DNA from: an uncultured Planctomycetaceae bacterium
Lineage (GTDB): Bacteria; Planctomycetota; Planctomycetia; Pirellulales; UBA1268
NCBI GenBank assembly: GCA_903877395.1
Contig: CAIRDU010000254.1
Span: forward strand, 1 to 50,377
Direction: 5' to 3'
Length of the DNA stretch: 50,377 nt
Of the stretch, positions 44,265 through 50,377 are shown piece after piece. Position 1 is the stretch's first letter, and the number at the start of each line of letters is the position of its first letter. Below the pieces are notes generated by a model. The model was not told where the DNA came from. It made no database searches and worked only from the letters and a program-made list of their open reading frames with translations. Position numbers and translations under genes: made by a program.

Positions 44265-46447
44265 TCGGTAAACCTCGTGCCGCAGCGAGCCATTTCCACC
44301 AACTGCGGTGTGGGATGCATCCGTATGCCAAGATCGGCAAGTGGTTCCAGCCGACGCACAATCTCAGCAGCACCGAGCGAATCGGCCCAGGCCAGCACGC
44401 CCCCGCGAAACGCAGGAAACCCCAGCCCATGAATTACTGCCAAATCAATGTCGCGGCCATCTCGCACAATGCCCTCGTCGAGCGCGCGAATGGCCTCCAA
44501 AACAATTGGCAGAAAGAGACGATTGGTCATTGTTGCATCGCTCATCTGACGGGCCGGCAAAGCATACGGCACGATGAGTGCCGCCACGCCGTTGTCTGGC
44601 CGCTCAATCCTTGCCCGCTGGCCTCCTGAGTCGCTGTATTCATAGAAGCCCGCACCGCTCTTGCGGCCAAGCCGGCCAGAACGCACCATCGCCGGAATCA
44701 CTGGCGACGCATCGAACCGGTCGCCGTAGGCATCGTTGAGTACGAGCCCTGCGTAAAAAGCCGTATCGAGACCGATCATGTCGTAGAGTTCCAGCGGCCC
44801 CATCGGCATGCCAAAGGCCCTAGCCACACGATCGATCCGCTTCGCGTCGCCCCCCTCTCGCAACATCTCCACCGACTCGTGGAGATAGGGCATGAGGAGT
44901 CGGTTCACCAAAAACCCAGGGCTGTCGTGCACCACAATTGGACACTTCCCGAGCCGCTTGGCATGAGCCACGGCAATCGCGATCGTGCGGTCGCTCGTGG
45001 CGGGGCCTCGCACCACTTCCACAAGCGTCATGCGCCGTACCGGATTAAAAAAATGGAGGCCGCAGAACCGGGTGGGGTCTTCGAGGGCTTCTGCGAGTTT
45101 CGCGATTGGGTTGGTGGATGTGTTTGTGGCAATTACAGTCTCCGGCCCGACGACTTGCTCGATGCTGGCGAGCACCTGCCGTTTTATGTCTATCCGTTCA
45201 AGCACGCTCTCGATCACCAGATCGGCATCGGCCAGCGCCGCTGTCTGCGTGGAGCAACGGAGCTGACCGGCTAGCAACAAGGCCCTGGCAGGATCAGTGC
45301 ATTTGGTTGCCCGGTTCCAAGCCGCCTCGTCCAGAATCCCCTCCACACTCCGTGTCAGGGATTCAGACTGGACATCCACGAGCGTCACTGCAAACCCCGC
45401 ACGGAGGTGACTAGCCGCAATGCCTGCCCCCATAATCCCCGCACCCACTACCGCAGGCCTTCTGTCGGCAGGGCTATCGGCAGGCCTTCTGTCGACCGAA
45501 CTGCCGGGCGTGCCTACTCCCGTATCACGCCGATTCCGCTCGCCCAATCGAAACACACGCACCAGTTGCTGGGCAATTGTTGATTGTGCCAGCTTCGCAA
45601 ACGCCGCCCCCTCAATCCGCCCTGCCTCATGTGCATTTTTGTCGGCACAAGAAAGAATCGTCTGCAAAATCATTGGCGGCGCTGGGTAATGGCCTCCAGT
45701 ACGTCCGAGGATCACTGCAGCAGAGGTTGCCTCGAAAAAATCGCGTTCGTCCGGGTCGAGGTCAATCTCGCTGGCCTGCCGCTGGCGGCGCTCAAGATAC
45801 CCACGTGTTGCCAACTGCATTGCAATCATTCGCCGTGCCGACTCCATGGCCTGTGGTGCCGCCACGCACGCATCCACGATGCCGATCTTCGCCGCGGCCG
45901 TGCCGTCGATATTTTCGCCCGACGCAATCATCTCCACTGCGGGTCCAATTCCGATCAAACGCGCCAAGCGTACTGTGCCGCCCCATCCGGGCAGCAGCCC
46001 AAGTTTCACTTCTGGAAAGCCCAGCATCGTATGAGCCTCGTTTGTGGCGATCCGAAAATCGCACGCCAATGCCAACTCAAGACCGCCACCGAGGCAGACG
46101 CCGTCGATCACGGCAACGCTGGGCCATGGCCTAGACGAAAGCCGGCCAAAGAGCCCGCGGCCCGCAGCACAAATCCTTTCGATCTCCGGCCCTGTTGTCC
46201 GCTGCAGCATTTCGATCCGGGCCATATCCGCGCCGGCGAAGAATGATCCCTCTCGGGACGATGCCACCACCAACCCCTGCGGTTCCGGACCCGAGTCGAT
46301 CTCGTCGAGGGCTTCGGTGAGATCTTGAACCACTTCCGTAGTGATGCAATTCTGCCGCTGATCACCCACAAAAAACGACACCACCACAATGCCGGCGTCA
46401 AGCCGCTGGATTGAGAGCGTGCGGGGGGTGCGTCCAATGGCGGGCAT
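44261..46447 (-). CDS. fadB: Fatty-acid oxidation complex alpha subunit (enoyl-CoA hydratase / 3-hydroxyacyl-CoA dehydrogenase)
   Basis: The N-terminal crotonase fold is seen in FFAGADM and GGGLELALACD. The central Rossmann motif is VVGAGIMGAGIA, followed by the HADH C-terminal domains. The start was set at ATG 46447 (MPAIGRTP...); the track ORF extends to 46537. Confidence 0.9.
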   Translation of the reverse strand: MPAIGRTPRTLSIQRLDAGIVVVSFFVGDQRQNCITTEVVQDLTEALDEIDSGPEPQGLVVASSREGSFFAGADMARIEMLQRTTGPEIERICAAGRGLFGRLSSRPWPSVAVIDGVCLGGGLELALACDFRIATNEAHTMLGFPEVKLGLLPGWGGTVRLARLIGIGPAVEMIASGENIDGTAAAKIGIVDACVAAPQAMESARRMIAMQLATRGYLERRQRQASEIDLDPDERDFFEATSAAVILGRTGGHYPAPPMILQTILSCADKNAHEAGRIEGAAFAKLAQSTIAQQLVRVFRLGERNRRDTGVGTPGSSVDRRPADSPADRRPAVVGAGIMGAGIAASHLRAGFAVTLVDVQSESLTRSVEGILDEAAWNRATKCTDPARALLLAGQLRCSTQTAALADADLVIESVLERIDIKRQVLASIEQVVGPETVIATNTSTNPIAKLAEALEDPTRFCGLHFFNPVRRMTLVEVVRGPATSDRTIAIAVAHAKRLGKCPIVVHDSPGFLVNRLLMPYLHESVEMLREGGDAKRIDRVARAFGMPMGPLELYDMIGLDTAFYAGLVLNDAYGDRFDASPVIPAMVRSGRLGRKSGAGFYEYSDSGGQRARIERPDNGVAALIVPYALPARQMSDATMTNRLFLPIVLEAIRALDEGIVRDGRDIDLAVIHGLGFPAFRGGVLAWADSLGAAEIVRRLEPLADLGIRMHPTPQLVEMARCGTRFTE

Positions 46448-46558
46448 GGCAGAGTTTCGGTTTGATTCGGCTGCGGTCTGGCTGGCTTGCTCCAACGGCA
46501 AAAACCGGTAGTGTATCGGGAGTCTAGCAAGCTCCATACTCTGAGATCACCACTCGCC

Positions 46559-47155
46559 ATGAAGAATGCCTCAAAGCTGTCCGGATTGCGTTCCTGCAGC
46601 GCCGCATCCCTCTGCGGCCTATGGTGTGTGCTTGTGGCCTTGGCCGTGCTGGGACGCTTGTGGCAACCGGGCTGGAACATCACGCCGATGGCAGGCACAG
46701 CCCTTGCGGCTGGCGTTCTGTTTGCCAATCCGCTGGTGGCAGCCAGCGTGCCGCTGGTGGCACTGGCCGCGAGCAATCTGGCCCTCCCCGGCTATGGCAG
46801 CGTGCTCATGGCCGTTGTTGTCTATGCAGCCACTCTCTGGCCCGTCTTTTTGGGCAGTACCGTAAGAAGCGGTCGTCTGGTAGCCATTATTGGCAGCGCT
46901 CTGGCCTGCTCTCTTGTTTTTTATCTTTCTACGAACCTCGCGCATTGGTGGCTCACAATTGATTATCCGCACACGTTTGCTGGCCTCCTCACCTGCTACA
47001 CTGCGGCATTACCGTTTTATCAATGGATGCCCTTTGGCGATGTGGCGTGGAGCCTCGCCCTTGTTGGCGGCCTCTCAGTAGTTGGCAGAATGGTTCAGTC
47101 TGCGTCGCAACGTACCGGCTCGACTCCATTTGCTTGCGGTTCGGAATGCCGGTGA
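46559..47155 (+). CDS. Hypothetical polytopic membrane protein (DUF6580-like by memory)
   Basis: It has five to six hydrophobic segments. The segment WNITPMAGTALAAGVLF resembles the N(F/I)(S/T)P..A.AL..G motif of that family. The start is ATG 46559. Confidence 0.55.
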   Translation: MKNASKLSGLRSCSAASLCGLWCVLVALAVLGRLWQPGWNITPMAGTALAAGVLFANPLVAASVPLVALAASNLALPGYGSVLMAVVVYAATLWPVFLGSTVRSGRLVAIIGSALACSLVFYLSTNLAHWWLTIDYPHTFAGLLTCYTAALPFYQWMPFGDVAWSLALVGGLSVVGRMVQSASQRTGSTPFACGSECR

Positions 47156-47219
47156 GAACCGCTGGCAAGAGCGCTGGAGTCCTGCAATGGATCGTGTGAC
47201 TTTTATATTTTGGATCGCT

Positions 47220-47303
47220 GCGGGAATGGCGAAATTGGCAGACGCGCCAGGTTGAGGGCCTGGTGGTAGTAATACCGTGCAGGTTCAAGTCCTGTTTCCC
47301 GCA
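47220..47303 (+). tRNA. tRNA-Leu (anticodon GAG), class II with long variable arm
   Basis: The sequence is GCGGGAATGGCGAAATTGGCAGACGCGCCAGGTTGAGGGCCTGGTGGTAGTAATACCGTGCAGGTTCAAGTCCTGTTTCCCGCA. The acceptor stem is GCGGGAA/TTCCCGC. The anticodon stem is CCAGG/CCTGG with loop TTGAGGG. The variable arm is GGTA-GTAA-TACC and the T-loop is TTCAAGT. Confidence 0.92.
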
Positions 47304-47378
47304 TTTTAATTTTCCTGTCCGCCGCAAACGCGACCTTTCCACAATAACCTTTGCGAGCAATCCACCGAGTACGTCACG

Positions 47379-48926
47379 ATGAGTTCCACCGGATCAGACG
47401 ATGCTTCCCGCAAACGAATTCCAATCGGCACGCAGCGACCGGGAGTGAAACCACCCGGCATGCCGGCTCGGCACGAGTATGTTGTGGGGCAAGAGTTGGC
47501 TGCGGAGGCCCTGCCCACGGCCCCAGTGAATCCGGCCCCCAGCCAGAGCAACGCCACGCCTAGCAGCGACCGTCCCCGCGAGCGGAACCGGGAAAAACGC
47601 AGTGGGGGAGGATCAAAATCTTCATTCACCGACGTGCTTCCACAGCAGAAAAGAGTAGCAGTCCCAAGCCTTCGGCAGGCGCTCGAAGAAGATCTTGAAT
47701 CTGATTTTCAAGCGGCGATCGAGGGCATATCGGTCGATGAACTGCTGCGGGGCAGCGAATCGCTCTCGTCTGAACATTCGATCGAACCGGGTGCTCGGAT
47801 TGCGGGCACCGTTATCAGCATTGGGGCTGATACTGCATTTTTGGATCTCGGTGGACGCCAGCAAGGGGCACTCAAACTGGCTGGTCTTGAAACGGTTCCC
47901 GCTGTCGGCGACATACTTCAACTTTCCGTTGGGGGCCGCAACGAGGACGATAGTCTCTATGAATTGTCGCTCGCCAATCGGGCTGTAAGCGTTGAGAATT
48001 GGACACAGCTCGCTGCGGGCATGATCGTAGAAGCTCGCGTAACGGGGGCCAACAAGGGGGGCCTCGAGTGCGAGGTCGCCGGGCTCAGCGGTTTTATGCC
48101 GGCTAGCCTTGTCAGCCCGTACCGCATTGAAAACCTCGCGGAACTCGTCGGACAAACACTCGAAAGCCTCGTGACAGAGATTGTACCGGAGGCCCGGAGG
48201 CTCGTGCTTTCCCGCCGAGCGGTGGTTGAGCGACAGGCCTCCGACGCTCGTACAAAACTTCTCGAAACGCTGGAAGTGGGCGCGACACTCGAGGGCGTCG
48301 TGCGCTCCGTGCGCGACTTCGGTGCGTTTGTGGACATCGGTGAAGGCGTCGATGGCCTTATCCACGTCAGCCAACTTTCGTGGGAACGCGTTGAAAATCC
48401 TGCCGATGTCGTGGCCATTGGTCAGCGTATGCGAGTGGTGGTCAAGAAGGTAGATCGCCAGACGGGGAAGATCGCCCTCTCCGCACGCGATCTCATTGAG
48501 AGTCCGTGGAAGCATGCTGCGGATAAATACCACACCGGCGCAACCGTGCGTGGCACGATCAGTCGCATCGCACAGTTCGGGGCGTTTGTGAGACTCGAGC
48601 CTGGTGTCGAGGGGCTCGTGCATGTCTCGGAGATCGCCGCGAGGCACGTTCGGAGTGTTGCCGATGTCGTAAAAGAAGGTGAAGAAGTCGAGTGCCGCGT
48701 GCTGTCGGTCGATCCCGACGAACAACGCATGTCGCTTTCGATCAAGGCGTTGGCTGCCCGTCCCGGCGAACAGTCGGCGTCTGCCAGCGGCTCCGACAAA
48801 ACCCCAGCGCAAGCCACCCACGAGGCCGAGCCTGCGATTGCTGCGGTGAAGCGATCCTCTCGGATCCTGAAAGGTGGCTTAGGGGGCGGCTCCAGCAATT
48901 CCACAGGCCTGCGATTCGGCCAGTAA
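47379..48926 (+). CDS. S1 RNA-binding domain protein (ribosomal protein S1-like, four S1 repeats, disordered basic N-terminus)
   Basis: Four S1/OB repeats are recognisable: [61 protein letters not shown] and [29 protein letters not shown]. They are preceded by about 125 aa of low-complexity basic sequence. Confidence 0.85.
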   Translation: MSSTGSDDASRKRIPIGTQRPGVKPPGMPARHEYVVGQELAAEALPTAPVNPAPSQSNATPSSDRPRERNREKRSGGGSKSSFTDVLPQQKRVAVPSLRQALEEDLESDFQAAIEGISVDELLRGSESLSSEHSIEPGARIAGTVISIGADTAFLDLGGRQQGALKLAGLETVPAVGDILQLSVGGRNEDDSLYELSLANRAVSVENWTQLAAGMIVEARVTGANKGGLECEVAGLSGFMPASLVSPYRIENLAELVGQTLESLVTEIVPEARRLVLSRRAVVERQASDARTKLLETLEVGATLEGVVRSVRDFGAFVDIGEGVDGLIHVSQLSWERVENPADVVAIGQRMRVVVKKVDRQTGKIALSARDLIESPWKHAADKYHTGATVRGTISRIAQFGAFVRLEPGVEGLVHVSEIAARHVRSVADVVKEGEEVECRVLSVDPDEQRMSLSIKALAARPGEQSASASGSDKTPAQATHEAEPAIAAVKRSSRILKGGLGGGSSNSTGLRFGQ

Positions 48927-48960
48927 TTCCGAAGCCATTTCGGCCGCCTAGCTCAAGGCT

Positions 48961-50241
48961 CTACCGCGGCTCGAGCTTCCGCTTGCCAACCCACGGCACG
49001 AGCGCTTCGGGCACCGTGACTGCACCGTCGGAACACTGGTTGTTTTCCAGAATTGCAATGATGGCCCGGCTCATGGCAATGGCTGTGCCGTTGAGCGTAT
49101 GCACGAATGACGTGCCCTTCTCGCCCGGCGTACGATAGCGTATCGACAGTCGCCTCGACTGGTAGTCGGTGCAGTTGGAGGTACTCGTTACCTCCCCCCA
49201 TTCTCCCTTCTCGCCACGCCCAGGCATCCACGCCTCCAGATCAAACTTTCTATAGGCTGGCCCCCCAAGATCACCGCTGGCCGTATCGATCACGCGGTAG
49301 GGAATCCCTAGCCCATCGAACAGTTTGCACTCGAGTTCGAGCAACTCACCATGCATGGCTTCGCTCTGCTCGGGCAGCGTGAACGCAAACATTTCAACTT
49401 TTGTAAATTGATGCACGCGGTAGAGTCCGCGAGTGGCTCGCCCGTGCGCGCCAGCTTCGGTGCGGAAGCAGTGACTGATACCGCATAGCTTCAACGGCAG
49501 TTCGCTGGCCTCAAAGATTCGTTCCTGCATCGCCCCACCGAGCGTGATCTCTGCAGTGGCTACTAGGGAGAGATCGCTGCCGGTAATCGAATAGATCTGT
49601 GTTTCCGGGCCACGAGGCATAAAGCCCGTGCCCTCGAGGATTGTGTCCCTCGCCACATCTGGCGTCGTCATGACGGTGAAATTCTCTCGCATCAAGAGAT
49701 CCACCGCATATTTTTGCAAGGCGAGCTCCAGCAGCACTGCATCGTTGATGAGAAAATAAAACCCATGGCCAGCCACGCGGGCCCCGGCGTCAAAGTCGAT
49801 GAGCTTGAGCCTCGCGCCGATCTCGACGTGATCGACAACTTTGAAATCAAACGTCGGAATCGGTGTGAGACCTCGGCGAATTTCTACCGCAGAGTCTTCG
49901 CCGCCAACGGGTGCCGAAGGATGCGTAAGATTTGGGATAGCTCGCAAAATGTCGTCTGACTCCCGCACGGTCTGAGCCAGCCGAGACTCGATCTCTGAAA
50001 CCTCCTCGCGGAGCCGTCGGCCACTGGCCTTGCTGGCTTCCCGTTCGGCTGGATTGGCAGCCTTGGCGATCGACTTACTGACCAGCCCAGCCTCACAGTT
50101 GAGCCGGTCGATATCGGCCTGCATCTGACGGCGAAGCCGGTCAAGATCTGCAAACTTTGCCACATCGGCCGAAGAACCGCGATTCCGGCAGTTGGCGGTC
50201 ACGAGGTCTACGTTGTCAGCCACAAAACGACGGTCGAGCAC
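48961..50241 (-). CDS. serS: Seryl-tRNA synthetase
   Basis: Class II motif 2 is FRTEAGAHGRATRGLYRVHQFTKVE and motif 3 is GTAIAMSRAIIAILENNQ. An N-terminal coiled-coil arm is present. The start is GTG 50241 (VLDRRFV...), 6 nt after GGAGA; the track start at 50271 is TTG. Confidence 0.93.
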   Translation of the reverse strand: MLDRRFVADNVDLVTANCRNRGSSADVAKFADLDRLRRQMQADIDRLNCEAGLVSKSIAKAANPAEREASKASGRRLREEVSEIESRLAQTVRESDDILRAIPNLTHPSAPVGGEDSAVEIRRGLTPIPTFDFKVVDHVEIGARLKLIDFDAGARVAGHGFYFLINDAVLLELALQKYAVDLLMRENFTVMTTPDVARDTILEGTGFMPRGPETQIYSITGSDLSLVATAEITLGGAMQERIFEASELPLKLCGISHCFRTEAGAHGRATRGLYRVHQFTKVEMFAFTLPEQSEAMHGELLELECKLFDGLGIPYRVIDTASGDLGGPAYRKFDLEAWMPGRGEKGEWGEVTSTSNCTDYQSRRLSIRYRTPGEKGTSFVHTLNGTAIAMSRAIIAILENNQCSDGAVTVPEALVPWVGKRKLEPR

Positions 50242-50377
50242 AAAAGATCTCCAAGAATTCTGTCGCAGCAAGCCCGCGAATATTTTGAGGGCTGGTCCAC
50301 CTTATACTACGGCAGAGGCTCAGGAGCATTGCCGCCCCGGGGCTAGGAGTGTGCCAGAATGATACCTGAGTCTGCCA

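Noticed and set aside
47622-48821. 399-aa ORF antisense to the S1-domain gene
   Set aside because: The plus-strand frame contains four recognisable S1 repeats. The antisense translation is Arg/Gly/Ala/Cys/His-rich with no motifs. Long antisense ORFs are expected by chance in high-GC coding DNA.

Overview
A 50.4 kb high-GC chromosomal segment. By eye most genes are about 58-65% GC; this was not computed. It is densely coded, with about 33 supportable CDS and 2 tRNA genes. I found no rRNA, CRISPR array, transposase, integrase or phage genes. The gene content looks Planctomycetota-like, which is an inference from several features: many eukaryote-type Ser/Thr kinases, very large signal-anchored hypothetical envelope proteins with Pro/Ala/Ser-rich linkers, a 'small basic protein' gene, and a PilM-PilN fusion. 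Most of the window is housekeeping: cmk-plsC, ilvB, mfd, a parvulin PPIase, gltA, tadA, hemY-type oxidase, sppA, an S1-domain protein, serS, tRNA-Ala(GGC) and tRNA-Leu(GAG). Four regions stand out. (1) At the left end, a microbial rhodopsin with a D-T-K helix-C motif (Exiguobacterium sibiricum rhodopsin type) sits next to a Brp/Blh beta-carotene dioxygenase gene. The two are separated by a perfect 16-bp-stem hairpin, and the rhodopsin gene looks lower in GC than blh. (2) At 14.7-21.6 kb, a four-gene co-directional operon is headed by a PilM-PilN fusion and followed by three large envelope proteins with no family I can recognise. No pilin, secretin or pilus ATPase is present in the window. This is my best candidate for an undescribed envelope system. 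(3) At 39.3-46.4 kb, a translationally coupled beta-oxidation operon (fadB-fadA) ends in a single 1258-aa ORF that fuses an AMP-forming acyl-CoA synthetase to an acyl-CoA dehydrogenase. (4) Between the convergent gltA and tadA genes lies a cluster of three DnaA-box-like 9-mers built around a 16-bp palindrome. All functional calls rest on motifs read by eye in the supplied translations. No database search was run, and several start codons were re-picked by hand and remain uncertain.
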